A stretch of DNA of 64,000 bases from a virus. Under the pieces are notes generated by a model. It was not told the origin of the DNA. It was given only the letters and a program-made list of their open reading frames with translations, and made no database searches. Positions 1 to 8,787 of the stretch are shown here, one piece after another (positions within the stretch are counted from its first letter, which is position 1; each line of letters begins with the position of its first letter). Position numbers and translations under genes: made by a program. The stretch covers positions 3,730-67,729 of IMG/VR virus record IMGVR_UViG_3300037247_000990; one strand, 5' to 3'.

Positions 1-2
1 AC

Positions 3-584
3 CTCGCGACCAAGACCGTCGGCCGCGCCCTCAAGGACCTCGAGGATCGAAAGCTGATCCGCAGGGTCCAACGCAGTCATGACGACGGCGGTCGAACCTC
101 GGACGGAATATACGTTGTCGCACCACTCTCTGAACTTCGCTGGACGCGGAGAGAGAAGCGTCAGGACACCCGGTCACGGAGTCCGGGCCCCCCCCGGTCA
201 AAGAGTCCAGGGGCCCCGGTCAAGGAGTCCGAGGAACCTATCAATGAATCTCATCATATCCAAGAGGATATGTCGGCTAGTGCCGACTCGCCGGCTCAAG
301 GTTCTCTTATTCAGTTTGCGGTCCCGATTAAGACTGCCTCTGAAACCTTAACCTCGGAGAAACCGGGCGGCGGCGTCGGATTCCTAATCCAGCGTGGGAT
401 CAAGAGACCGACCGCCTGGGCCATGGTCAACAAGTGGCGGAAGATAATTACGGATGACCAGCTACTGAGGATCATGGCGACGGCGGCGCGGAAAAATGTC
501 GGGAATCCTATCGAATACATCACCAAGGCCGTCAGTGGAGAACGACGGCGGACGAGAGGACGGTCACATCACTCGGTAGTCTAG
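3..584 (+). CDS. Phage replication initiator, HTH (lambda O-like), 5' partial
   Basis: Frame 3 is open from the window start (LATKTVGRALKDLEDRKLIRRVQR, a winged-HTH recognition helix) and continues into the 270..584 ORF. It contains internal iterons and lies upstream of a primase-helicase. Confidence 0.7.
   Translation, partial: LATKTVGRALKDLEDRKLIRRVQRSHDDGGRTSDGIYVVAPLSELRWTRREKRQDTRSRSPGPPRSKSPGAPVKESEEPINESHHIQEDMSASADSPAQGSLIQFAVPIKTASETLTSEKPGGGVGFLIQRGIKRPTAWAMVNKWRKIITDDQLLRIMATAARKNVGNPIEYITKAVSGERRRTRGRSHHSVV
169..230 (+). repeat. Three iterons CCCGGTCA-NN-GAGTCC (putative replication origin)
   Basis: Direct repeats at 169-184, 193-208 and 215-230 inside the initiator gene, followed by an AT-richer stretch (235-265). 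Confidence 0.7.
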
Positions 585-600
585 GCGGGGGCACTGTACG

Positions 601-2412
601 ATGACACCCCTGCGTGATCTTCTGAACGAGCAGCTTATCCACCTCGACTCATACCGAGCGGGAAATTACAAGCGTCTCTGCCCGATCTGCTCTCACACCC
701 GAAAGAAGAAGTCCGATCCTTGCCTGAGCGTCACGATAGAGCCGGGGTCCGAGGCGGCGACCTGGTTCTGCCATAACTTCGGCTGTGATTTCAAGGGCGG
801 GGTCCGAGAGTCGGATGAACACGGGCACCACCAGTCACAGCGAACTCGACCGTCGGCGCGCCCAACTCTAAAGAGCGGCGGTCTTGGTAAGAAGGCAATC
901 AGGTTCTTTGCTCGTCGGAAGATCGGCGCGGCCGTCCTAGAGCGAAACGGCGTGACCGAGGCTCGGGTCTACATGCCGCAGGTCTCGAAGAAAGTAGACG
1001 TGATGGCGTTCCCATACCGGCGCGGCGGCGAGCTGATCAACGTCAAGTACCGGGGGCCCAACAAGATATTCCGCCAGGAGAAGGGGGCTGAGAAGATCGT
1101 CTACGGCTATGACGACGTAGTAGGCCAGGATGAGATCATCATCGTCGAGGGAGAGCTGGACAAGCTGGCGCTGGAGGAGGCCGGAGTCCTGAACGTCTGC
1201 TCCGTTCCCGACGGAGCCCCGGCGGCGGTCGCGGAGAACGTACCCCCCGAGGAAGAAGATCGGAAATACGACTTCATCTGGAACTGTCGGGAGCTGTGGG
1301 ACAAGGCGAGCCGGATCCTGATTGCCACGGACGCCGACGAGCCCGGCGACGCTCTCGCCGAGGAGCTGGCCCGGCGTCTCGACAAGGCGCGGTGCTGGCG
1401 TGTCCGGTGGCCGGCGATCAACGACGACCCGATGAAGGACGCGAACCAGGTCTTGATGGAGTGCGGCCCCCAGGTCCTTACGGAGTGCGTCGCGAACCCC
1501 GTCCCCTACCCTATCATCGGGCTCGGCTCGTTCGGGGAGGTGTGGTCGAGGATCAAGACCTACTATCAACACGGCCTGGAGCGCGGCCTCTCGACCGGTT
1601 GGTCTACCCTGGACGGCTACTACCACGTGTTACCGGGCGACGTTACAGTCATCACCGGGGCACCGGGGAGCGGCAAGTCCGAGTGGGTAGACGCGCTGGC
1701 GGTCAACCTGGCGGTGGAATACGGATGGGTGATCGCGACCTGCTCGATGGAGAACACCGCCGAGGAACACTTTGCCAAGATCGCCGAGAAGTTCCTGGGC
1801 GTGCCATTCTTCGAGGCCGAGTACGCGTCCGGCACTCCGAGGATGGGTGAGGGGGATCTGGATAAGGCTCTGGCCTGGGCTGATAAGCACTTTGTCCGGA
1901 TCGACTGTGAGGGAGACCAGTTACCCACCTACGAGTGGATTCTCGACGTAGCTCGCAGCGCCGTGATGAGGCATGGTATCCGGGGGCTGGTGATCGACCC
2001 GTACACGGAACTGGACCACCAGCGCCCAGAGGGGATGCCGGAGACCGAGTACGTCTCGACGATGCTGTCGAAGGTCAGACACTTCGCGCGGACGAACGGA
2101 GTCCACGTGTGGTTCATCGCGCACCCCCGCCAGCTCAGGGACTGGAACGGCGCGGCTCCCGGACTGTACGACATTTCCGGCTCTGCCCACTGGGCCAACA
2201 AGCCCGATGTCGGAATCGTCATCAGCCGGAACCGCGACCCTGCGGTAGGCGCTCTTGACGAGGTCGAGATCATCCTGAGAAAGGTCAGGCGCAAGATCGT
2301 CGGCCAGATCGGCAGCGTCACGCTTCGCTACGACCGCGTGACCGGGCGGTACTTCGACTTGACGCCCGTAAAACCCGAGCCGGTGCAGGAGGCCTTTGGA
2401 TATACACCATGA
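601..2412 (+). CDS. Twinkle/T7 gp4-type primase-helicase
   Basis: N-terminal Zn finger (CPIC...CHNFGC), TOPRIM (IIVEGELD, ATDAD), Walker A GAPGSGKS, LVIDPY, AHP and DISGS SF4 helicase motifs. Confidence 0.93.
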   Translation: MTPLRDLLNEQLIHLDSYRAGNYKRLCPICSHTRKKKSDPCLSVTIEPGSEAATWFCHNFGCDFKGGVRESDEHGHHQSQRTRPSARPTLKSGGLGKKAIRFFARRKIGAAVLERNGVTEARVYMPQVSKKVDVMAFPYRRGGELINVKYRGPNKIFRQEKGAEKIVYGYDDVVGQDEIIIVEGELDKLALEEAGVLNVCSVPDGAPAAVAENVPPEEEDRKYDFIWNCRELWDKASRILIATDADEPGDALAEELARRLDKARCWRVRWPAINDDPMKDANQVLMECGPQVLTECVANPVPYPIIGLGSFGEVWSRIKTYYQHGLERGLSTGWSTLDGYYHVLPGDVTVITGAPGSGKSEWVDALAVNLAVEYGWVIATCSMENTAEEHFAKIAEKFLGVPFFEAEYASGTPRMGEGDLDKALAWADKHFVRIDCEGDQLPTYEWILDVARSAVMRHGIRGLVIDPYTELDHQRPEGMPETEYVSTMLSKVRHFARTNGVHVWFIAHPRQLRDWNGAAPGLYDISGSAHWANKPDVGIVISRNRDPAVGALDEVEIILRKVRRKIVGQIGSVTLRYDRVTGRYFDLTPVKPEPVQEAFGYTP

Positions 2413-4115
2413 TTAGGATATTGACTGGCGACGTGCGCGAGAAACTGGCCGAGCTGGCGGACGAATCGGTGCATTGCGTGGTGACGAGCCCGCCATATTG
2501 GAGCCTTCGGGATTATGGTGTCGCGGGGCAGATAGGCTTGGAACCGACGCCCGACGAATATATCGCCACCATGGTCGGCGTGTTCCGCGAGGTTCGCCGG
2601 GTGCTGCGGGCAGACGGGACGCTTTGGCTGAACATGGGAGATTCTTACGCCACTAGGGGTGGGGCTGTCGGGCGGTCCCCCGGTGGCGGCGAACAAGGGG
2701 AGCGCTTTCTAAGACAAGGGCACATAAACACGCAGCCTAATCGAATGCCACTAAAGGGGTTCAAACCCAAAGATTTGATCTTGATGCCCGCCCGCATTGC
2801 TCTCGCCCTTCAATCCGACGGCTGGTGGCTGCGCTCCGAGATCGTCTGGGCCAAGCCCAACCCGATGCCTGAAAGCGTGACGGATCGACCGACCTCGGCG
2901 CATGAGAAGGTATTTCTACTCTCAAAATCCGCACGCTATTTCTATGATTCTGAGGCGGTACGAGAGAAGACGTCAGGCGATTGGCGTGGTTCGGAATTTG
3001 ATACTGGGAAAACGGGCGTTCACCAACTCGACCGCAGCCAGTCAGCCGCAAGTCGTAAGTCTAAAGGGGGCCGCTATCGTGGCAATGCCGAAGAAAACAC
3101 ACAAGCCGTGCAGCCGATGCGGGGTGATCCTGCCCAGGGAAGCCTTTTACCCGAGAAAGGACGGATCACGAGAACATGTTTGCAGGCCGTGCGCCAAAGC
3201 GCGGGTGATGGACTGGCGGGCGACGAAAGCGGGACGAGAAAAATATCTGGCGGCAAATCGTTCAGAAGCGGAGGTGGCGAGGACCAAGCGATATTTTGCA
3301 ACACCGAAGGGCAAGGCGGCAATCAGACGGAAACGGGCAGTTCGCCGAGCCCGGGAACGAAAGATCATCTCGACGCTGACAGTGGAGGAATGGCAGGAAA
3401 TACAGGAACGCCACCAAATGAGGTGTGCGTATTGTCAGGACGACGGCTTACCGTTGACGCAGGATCATGTAATCCCGATCAGCAAGGGGGGGCACCACAC
3501 GATGATGAACATTGTTCCAGCGTGCAAACCTTGCAACAGCCGGAAGAAGGACAAGTTGCTGGCCGCAATTTAAGGAACGTCTGGAACATCGCCACCCAGC
3601 CCTACCCGGATGCCCATTTCGCCACATTCCCAACGGCGCTGGTTGAGCCCTGCATCAAGGCGGGGACCAGCGAGAAGGGATGTTGCCCGGAGTGCGGCGC
3701 GCCGTGGGTGCGGGAAGTGGAGAAAGAGCGAACCTTTGAAAGCGGCTCTGGGCGGGCTGGCAATATGCCAAACGGCAAGAACGGGCCGAACTTGCAGGGC
3801 GGTGGTGAGACATTGGACATTAGACGCGGCCCTGTCGTGCATAGCATCACAACCGGCTGGTCACCGTCATGCGAATGCCTGATCTTTGAAGACGAAAACG
3901 AAGCAGCCGAATGGGGGGCAAACGAAAATGGACCACAGAATCCATTGCCCTGCACCGTCCTTGACCCCTTCGCCGGCTCCGGCACCACCGGATTGGTCGC
4001 CGACCGGCTGGGGCGGCATGCTATTCTGATCGAGCTGAATCCAAAATATTCTACGCTCGCAGAAAAGCGGATTGCGCAGGATGGTGGGATGCTGACAGAA
4101 ATTATCATGCAATGA
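2409..4115 (+). CDS. N4/N6 DNA methyltransferase (beta class) with large insertions
   Basis: VTSPPY catalytic motif, WAKPNPMPESVTDRPT, HFATFP, VLDPFAGSGTT SAM-binding motif, and a CPEC...CEC insert. Confidence 0.92.
   Translation: MIRILTGDVREKLAELADESVHCVVTSPPYWSLRDYGVAGQIGLEPTPDEYIATMVGVFREVRRVLRADGTLWLNMGDSYATRGGAVGRSPGGGEQGERFLRQGHINTQPNRMPLKGFKPKDLILMPARIALALQSDGWWLRSEIVWAKPNPMPESVTDRPTSAHEKVFLLSKSARYFYDSEAVREKTSGDWRGSEFDTGKTGVHQLDRSQSAASRKSKGGRYRGNAEENTQAVQPMRGDPAQGSLLPEKGRITRTCLQAVRQSAGDGLAGDESGTRKISGGKSFRSGGGEDQAIFCNTEGQGGNQTETGSSPSPGTKDHLDADSGGMAGNTGTPPNEVCVLSGRRLTVDAGSCNPDQQGGAPHDDEHCSSVQTLQQPEEGQVAGRNLRNVWNIATQPYPDAHFATFPTALVEPCIKAGTSEKGCCPECGAPWVREVEKERTFESGSGRAGNMPNGKNGPNLQGGGETLDIRRGPVVHSITTGWSPSCECLIFEDENEAAEWGANENGPQNPLPCTVLDPFAGSGTTGLVADRLGRHAILIELNPKYSTLAEKRIAQDGGMLTEIIMQ
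3079..3573 (+). CDS. HNH endonuclease nested in the +1 frame of the methyltransferase
   Basis: AAGGGGG SD, then GTG-GCA-ATG. CSRC...CRPC Zn finger, followed by CAYC, DHVIPISKGG and NIVPACKPCNSRK (HNH). Confidence 0.88.
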   Translation: MAMPKKTHKPCSRCGVILPREAFYPRKDGSREHVCRPCAKARVMDWRATKAGREKYLAANRSEAEVARTKRYFATPKGKAAIRRKRAVRRARERKIISTLTVEEWQEIQERHQMRCAYCQDDGLPLTQDHVIPISKGGHHTMMNIVPACKPCNSRKKDKLLAAI

Positions 4116-4269
4116 TGGAGACGTGGTCCAAATACAAGATGTTGTGTTCTACGATGAAAGTGTGTATATTTAGATCGCGTCTCCGACCTGATCTTCGCAG
4201 AGCAGGTTAGCGTGTCTGGTGGGGCCGTCGAGCTTGTCATGGGGGTCGGCGGCCCCTACCATGTGCGCC

Positions 4270-5595
4270 ATGGCACGGGCGCGGAAGACAACAGGTGCGA
4301 AGCTGAAGGTCGAATACTGGTCGGTGGACCGGGTCGAACCGTATCACCTCAACCCGCGCAAGCGCACCAAACGGGCCATCAAAATCGTGGCCGACTCCAT
4401 TCGTGAGTTCGGTTTCAAGCAGCCAATCGTCGTTGACAAGAAGGGGGTCATCATCGCGGGCCATGGACGCCACCTGGCAGCCCAGCAACTTGGTCTCGCC
4501 CAGGTGCCAGTGGTCGTTGCCAAGGACTTAACTGCGGCGAAGATCAAAGCCTACCGCATTGCGGACAACCGAACTGCCGAGGAATCGGGCTGGGACATGC
4601 AACTGCTTCCATTGCAGCTCGGCGATCTCGATAAGTTGGGGTTCGATCTGTCGCTGACCGGGTTCACGATGGCGGAGCTCGGGGGTATGAATTTACATGG
4701 AGGCGACGAAGGGGCCGACGAAGCCCCGCCGCTGCCGAAAAAGCCGGTCTCGAGGCCGGGTGATCTCTGGACGCTCGGCGACCACCGGCTGCTGTGTGGC
4801 GATGCTGGGGACGAGGGGGATGTGAGACGGGTGATGGGCGGGATCTATCCTCATTTGATCGTGACCTCGCCGCCATACAACCAACGGATCAATAAATTCA
4901 AGCCATCTGGGATGCACAAGGAAGGCGGGTGGGTAGCGAAGGTGGCATCGCTTGCCTATAGCGACGACATGCCGGAGAGCGAATATCAGGCGCGACAGAC
5001 GGCGCTGCTAAGGTCTTGGCATGACCTCCTCAGAAACGGCGGTTCGGTATTTTACAATCACAAGAACCGATATCGCGACAAGGCAGTGATCAGCCCACTC
5101 CAGTGGCTACCTGGACCATTTTCATTGAGGCAAGAGATCATTTGGCGGCGACCGGGATCGGTCACGCAAAACGCCCGGATGTTCTTACCGTCCGACGAAC
5201 GCATTTATTGGCTCTACAAGGGTACAAATTTCACGTTCAACGACGAGACCGAAATCAAGTCGTGGTCAACCGTTTGGGACATCGCCCCTGGTGGCGACAA
5301 ACGCCATGCTGTCGCATTTCCGGTCGAGTTGCCGATACGGTGCATCCGGGCGTCATCACATGAAAATGACCACGTCTACGACCCATTCCTTGGCTCCGGC
5401 ACCACCCTGATCGCCGCCGAGATGGAGGGGCGGGTGTGCCACGGTCTGGAGATCGAGCCAGCGTTCGTTGATGTGGCTGTTAAAAGATATGTCAATTTTG
5501 TCGGTGGTGCTGGTAAAGTCCGTCTAACGACGGACGGCGGGCGGCCTGTCTCTTATGAAAAAGTGTTTAAAATGCGGGAGGGAAAAGCAGCTTAA
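4270..5595 (+). CDS. ParB N-terminal domain fused to an N4/N6 DNA methyltransferase
   Basis: SIREFGFKQPIVVD...IIAGHGR...YRIADNR (ParB), then HRLLCGD, TSPPYN and DPFLGSGTT. The ORF is open from 4219. Confidence 0.9.
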   Translation: MARARKTTGAKLKVEYWSVDRVEPYHLNPRKRTKRAIKIVADSIREFGFKQPIVVDKKGVIIAGHGRHLAAQQLGLAQVPVVVAKDLTAAKIKAYRIADNRTAEESGWDMQLLPLQLGDLDKLGFDLSLTGFTMAELGGMNLHGGDEGADEAPPLPKKPVSRPGDLWTLGDHRLLCGDAGDEGDVRRVMGGIYPHLIVTSPPYNQRINKFKPSGMHKEGGWVAKVASLAYSDDMPESEYQARQTALLRSWHDLLRNGGSVFYNHKNRYRDKAVISPLQWLPGPFSLRQEIIWRRPGSVTQNARMFLPSDERIYWLYKGTNFTFNDETEIKSWSTVWDIAPGGDKRHAVAFPVELPIRCIRASSHENDHVYDPFLGSGTTLIAAEMEGRVCHGLEIEPAFVDVAVKRYVNFVGGAGKVRLTTDGGRPVSYEKVFKMREGKAA

Positions 5596-5678
5596 TAGTT
5601 ATTGGCGGGATAGGCGCGGCGTCTACTCGGCACGATGTAAGGACTGCAACGGGATGAAAGAAGGGATCGCCGACGCAG

Positions 5679-5720
5679 AAAAAAAAGGCCGCCCAATCCA
5701 TTATTGGTGATTGGGCGACC
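5679..5720 (-). terminator. Rho-independent terminator for the leftward early operon
   Basis: CGCCCAATC/GATTGGGCG stem with an A8 tract on the + side, between convergent genes. Confidence 0.65.
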
Positions 5721-5741
5721 AGTGGTCTAATGGCGGGGGAT

Positions 5742-6359
5742 CTACCCGATAGTGTAGGTCGTCACACCGGCCTTGCGCTTGGCGACGATCTTATGCCCCT
5801 TCTTGCGGTGGCCGCTGATCGTGGCTCGCAGGGTGTGTGGGAGCCATCCGGTCTCCTCGATCATCTCGGCAGATGTCGCCCCGCCCTTGGCCGAGATCAT
5901 TTTCAGTACCTTGTCTTTCTTGGAGACCCCGGTTTGTTTGAGGTAGGACTGCTTACGCGCCTTGGCGTGGATCTTCTTGTCCTTGCGATGCATCTTGGTC
6001 GCCGCCTCCCGGCGGTCTACCGTCTGCTGCTTCTTGATCTTGACCTCCTCTTCCGGTGTGGGGATCGACCGCTTTAGGACGGCGGGGATCGGGCCCGCGT
6101 CGCTCAGGCCGCTCTCCTTCCACGCCTTATCGACCTCGGCTTTGGTTTTGACTACGGGAGCTCCGCCCGGCCCGTTCACGATGTGAGCGCTGGAGAGGCC
6201 CTTGTCGTCGAGAGCCTGCTGGACCCGCGCTCGTGCGGACCCGATATCACGGAACTTCTTGACCTGTCCATTCGCTCCGACGAGCTGATTGTAGATGTGG
6301 GCCAGTTGGGGCCCGGTCAGCTTGCCGAAGTTGACGGGTTGGTTAACTTGTGCGGTCAT
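5742..6359 (-). CDS. DUF3489-like protein
   Basis: C-terminal KKDKVLKMI...GGAT...ETGWLPHTLRATISG; AAGGAG SD before ATG 6359. Confidence 0.75.
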   Translation of the reverse strand: MTAQVNQPVNFGKLTGPQLAHIYNQLVGANGQVKKFRDIGSARARVQQALDDKGLSSAHIVNGPGGAPVVKTKAEVDKAWKESGLSDAGPIPAVLKRSIPTPEEEVKIKKQQTVDRREAATKMHRKDKKIHAKARKQSYLKQTGVSKKDKVLKMISAKGGATSAEMIEETGWLPHTLRATISGHRKKGHKIVAKRKAGVTTYTIG

Positions 6360-6378
6360 GAAATGTCTCCTTCTGGGT

Positions 6379-6705
6379 TTAGCCCGCGTCCTTGGGGACG
6401 GCGGACACGAATGAATCGACCTCGCTGCTGAGTATTCTGAACGACTTGCAGGCCGGTAATAAGCTGATGCACTTTCGCTTGAACGCCATGTGATGCGAAC
6501 GGGCGAAGCCATCGTCTTGGGTGTAGTCGGCGAGAATAGCGAGGGCGAGCTGAGAGGACTCCGCGCCGGCGTCCCCCCACCCGAAATCGCCGGCCAAGCG
6601 GGGGCCGTAGTTGATGAGGTCTCGCCGGGGATTGAGGGGGTAGCTCTCCCCGTCGATTACGACGGAGACCCTACCCCCGGCCATCCCCTGGTAGAGCATC
6701 TTCAT
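6379..6705 (-). CDS. DUF6166-like phage protein
   Basis: LNPRRDL...FGWG..G...QLALAILAD motif. Confidence 0.65.
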   Translation of the reverse strand: MKMLYQGMAGGRVSVVIDGESYPLNPRRDLINYGPRLAGDFGWGDAGAESSQLALAILADYTQDDGFARSHHMAFKRKCISLLPACKSFRILSSEVDSFVSAVPKDAG

Positions 6706-7280
6706 CAGTACGACGCGTAGACGCGGACTGGCTCGCCGGTCTCCGCCTCCTTCTTCTCGGCCAGCTCGACGAAGTCCACGAACGCCTGAGCGAAGTCGGG
6801 CAGATCGAGCCCCTTCTTCCAGGCATCGAACTCTTGGGCTGCAGGCTCGGGGATCACGCCCTCGAACGCCCCCTGTGCCTTCATCGCCTTGATCTCGTTG
6901 AGTACCCCGACGAGAAAGTCCGTTATGGGTGATCCTTTCTTACCGAGGTTATCGACGACGAAGTCGCCGCTGAGTTCGATATGACTGGGATCGTCCTTTC
7001 CGTAATATACGGTGGCATCGCGGATCAGCGACAGCAGGACGGCGGTATCCAGTCGAGCGCGGAGAACTGTTGCCGGTATCTGTATGCCGCCGAGATCGTA
7101 CTGGTCGTTTGCCTCGTCGCTGAACGCCTCGGCGACTAGGTGGCGGGTGACGTAGGGCCCGCCGTGGTAGGCTTCATGGAGGTAGCCGACGCGGCCGTGG
7201 GCCGTGGAGAACCCGGACATCTGGGCCTCCTTCTCGGCCTTGCCGGCGCCCTTCCATTTCATGTAGATGTCAATTCCCAT
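6705..7280 (-). CDS. Hypothetical phage protein
   Basis: AAGGAGACG SD; MGIDIY and GYLHEAYHG motifs; coupled to the next gene. Confidence 0.7.
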   Translation of the reverse strand: MGIDIYMKWKGAGKAEKEAQMSGFSTAHGRVGYLHEAYHGGPYVTRHLVAEAFSDEANDQYDLGGIQIPATVLRARLDTAVLLSLIRDATVYYGKDDPSHIELSGDFVVDNLGKKGSPITDFLVGVLNEIKAMKAQGAFEGVIPEPAAQEFDAWKKGLDLPDFAQAFVDFVELAEKKEAETGEPVRVYASY

Positions 7281-7298
7281 GGTTCGTCTCCTTTCTGG

Positions 7299-7493
7299 TC
7301 AGTCAGTGACCTCGAGGTTCGCGGTCCCGTACTCCTGGCACCGCCGGCAGCTCTTGACGTGATCTCGTTCGAGGCCGGCAACGACCTCGTCCCCCACGCC
7401 AGACCACTCGGTCATCGGGTCGTCCAGGACGGCGTCGATGTCCGGGGCGTCGGGGCAGCGGGGGTCCATGGGAGCGTGGTAATGGTAGGTCAT
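7299..7493 (-). CDS. Small Cys/His-containing hypothetical protein
   Basis: AAGGAGACGACCC leader; HxxxCxxC. Confidence 0.6.
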   Translation of the reverse strand: MTYHYHAPMDPRCPDAPDIDAVLDDPMTEWSGVGDEVVAGLERDHVKSCRRCQEYGTANLEVTD

Positions 7494-7504
7494 GGGTCGT
7501 CTCC

Positions 7505-7735
7505 TTAGTGAGTTGCTTCGGCCAGCTCTTCGGCCAATTGCTCGAACAGCGGCATGGCACTTTCCAGGACCGAGATCGCGGTTTCCATAGTGTCGCCACG
7601 ATCACTTGCCTGGATGCCTTCGGGGAGGTTGTCGTAGGCGTCCTGTTCGTCGTCCAGAACCTCCGAGATGGTCTCGCCGACTTCTTCCAGCTTGGCGATG
7701 GCCTCGTTAATGATCTTGCGTCTCTGGTTGTTCAT
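7505..7735 (-). CDS. Acidic helical phage protein (MNxxRRK family)
   Basis: Strong SD; EQDAYDNLPEGIQASDRG motif. Confidence 0.7.
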   Translation of the reverse strand: MNNQRRKIINEAIAKLEEVGETISEVLDDEQDAYDNLPEGIQASDRGDTMETAISVLESAMPLFEQLAEELAEATH

Positions 7736-7776
7736 CGTGCGTCTCCTTCTCTCTTTTCAAGCCAATTGTCGCCCCG

Positions 7777-8031
7777 TCACTCGCAGACGGAGAGGGCAAG
7801 GGCCTCGTCCATCATCACCGGGACGACGTGTAGGTCACCGGCCTGGATGGCAACGGCGTCCGCTTCCCGGTGCGACCACAGCGTGCCAATGGAAGGGCCG
7901 TCCTTGGCCGGGGTGGAGTTCTGGGAGTAGTGAAGGTCATAGACTTCGACTTGTCGGCCAAACCCCCAGTCTCGGCGGTCGGCAGGACGGTCGCGGTTTC
8001 GGTTGAAACGGGGATAAGGAAGAACGGTCAT
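7777..8031 (-). CDS. Hypothetical protein
   Basis: ATGA overlap with the upstream gene; GGAGG SD. Confidence 0.55.
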   Translation of the reverse strand: MTVLPYPRFNRNRDRPADRRDWGFGRQVEVYDLHYSQNSTPAKDGPSIGTLWSHREADAVAIQAGDLHVVPVMMDEALALSVCE

Positions 8032-8318
8032 GCCGCCCTCCTATTGTCGTCGTTGTCCTGCCAGACCTTGAAGCCCCGGCTGGTGAAGTTTACGACGGTC
8101 TCACTCGGACCGTGATCAGCAACGATGATCAGGCCCTTCTTGGCGAGGCTCCCGAGGACGCCCTTGACGGCGTTGGTCGAGAGGGTTGCGGAAAACGCAT
8201 CGGCCCAGCACCAGGTGCCGGTATCGTCGATGCTCTCGGGCTTGCCGCCATTGGCCGGGGACATCTCGGCGTAGGCGATACCATTCAGTACGTCAATTTC
8301 GTTAGGGGTAGGGGTCAT
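8028..8318 (-). CDS. Small winged-helix-like protein
   Basis: AAGGAGACGACC leader; GVLGSLAKKGLI...FTSRG wHTH-like pattern. Confidence 0.6.
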   Translation of the reverse strand: MTPTPNEIDVLNGIAYAEMSPANGGKPESIDDTGTWCWADAFSATLSTNAVKGVLGSLAKKGLIIVADHGPSETVVNFTSRGFKVWQDNDDNRRAA

Positions 8319-8341
8319 GGTCGTCTCCTTTCGGGTCAGGG

Positions 8342-8620
8342 TTATCGGGAAACCGCCTGCCTTGAGTCCAACGCCAGTGTTGCGGCGCGGAGTTCATCTT
8401 GGTGGCGGTTGAGCCAGCTAACCAATTCACGCTTCGTGCGGGCCGAGAACTCAAATCCGGCATATTTGTCGCGGAGGTCTTTGCTGAGAATGCGGGCTTG
8501 CCAGTCAGATCTTTCGCCAGTGCGGAAAATCCCGATGTAGTAGAAACCGCCGCCTGGAATGATAGCGTCGTATTCAGCGGGCACGTGGGCGGGGGATCTA
8601 TGAAAAACTAATCTAGTCAT
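8342..8620 (-). CDS. Hypothetical early protein (first gene of the leftward operon)
   Basis: GGAGGAGACGACC leader just downstream of the promoter. Confidence 0.6.
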   Translation of the reverse strand: MTRLVFHRSPAHVPAEYDAIIPGGGFYYIGIFRTGERSDWQARILSKDLRDKYAGFEFSARTKRELVSWLNRHQDELRAATLALDSRQAVSR

Positions 8621-8648
8621 GGTCGTCTCCTCCGTTTACGTAATTAGT

Positions 8649-8677
8649 ATAATAGCCCCGACCTTCGGAGCTGTACA
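8649..8677 (-). promoter_or_regulatory. Sigma70-like leftward promoter
   Basis: Minus strand TGTACA-N17-TATTAT in an AT-rich divergent intergenic region. Confidence 0.55.
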
Positions 8678-8733
8678 GTGTTTTGTTCGGGTCCGACCAA
8701 AATAGTTATAGAACGGAAACAAGGGGTTAGCCC

Positions 8734-8754
8734 TATTGTACAATATGGTACAAT
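8734..8754 (+). promoter_or_regulatory. Extended -10 promoter with adjacent palindrome, upstream of terminase
   Basis: Perfect palindrome TATTGTACAATA (8734-8745) directly followed by TGgTACAAT. Confidence 0.5.
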
Positions 8755-8787
8755 GGGCGGCGACGGATATCGTCAGGAGGGTTTCTT

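Noticed and set aside
3060-3570. Intein or group I intron explanation for the MTase insert
   Set aside because: No C/S...HN intein ends and no recognisable intron core by eye. An intron is not formally excluded without an Infernal search.
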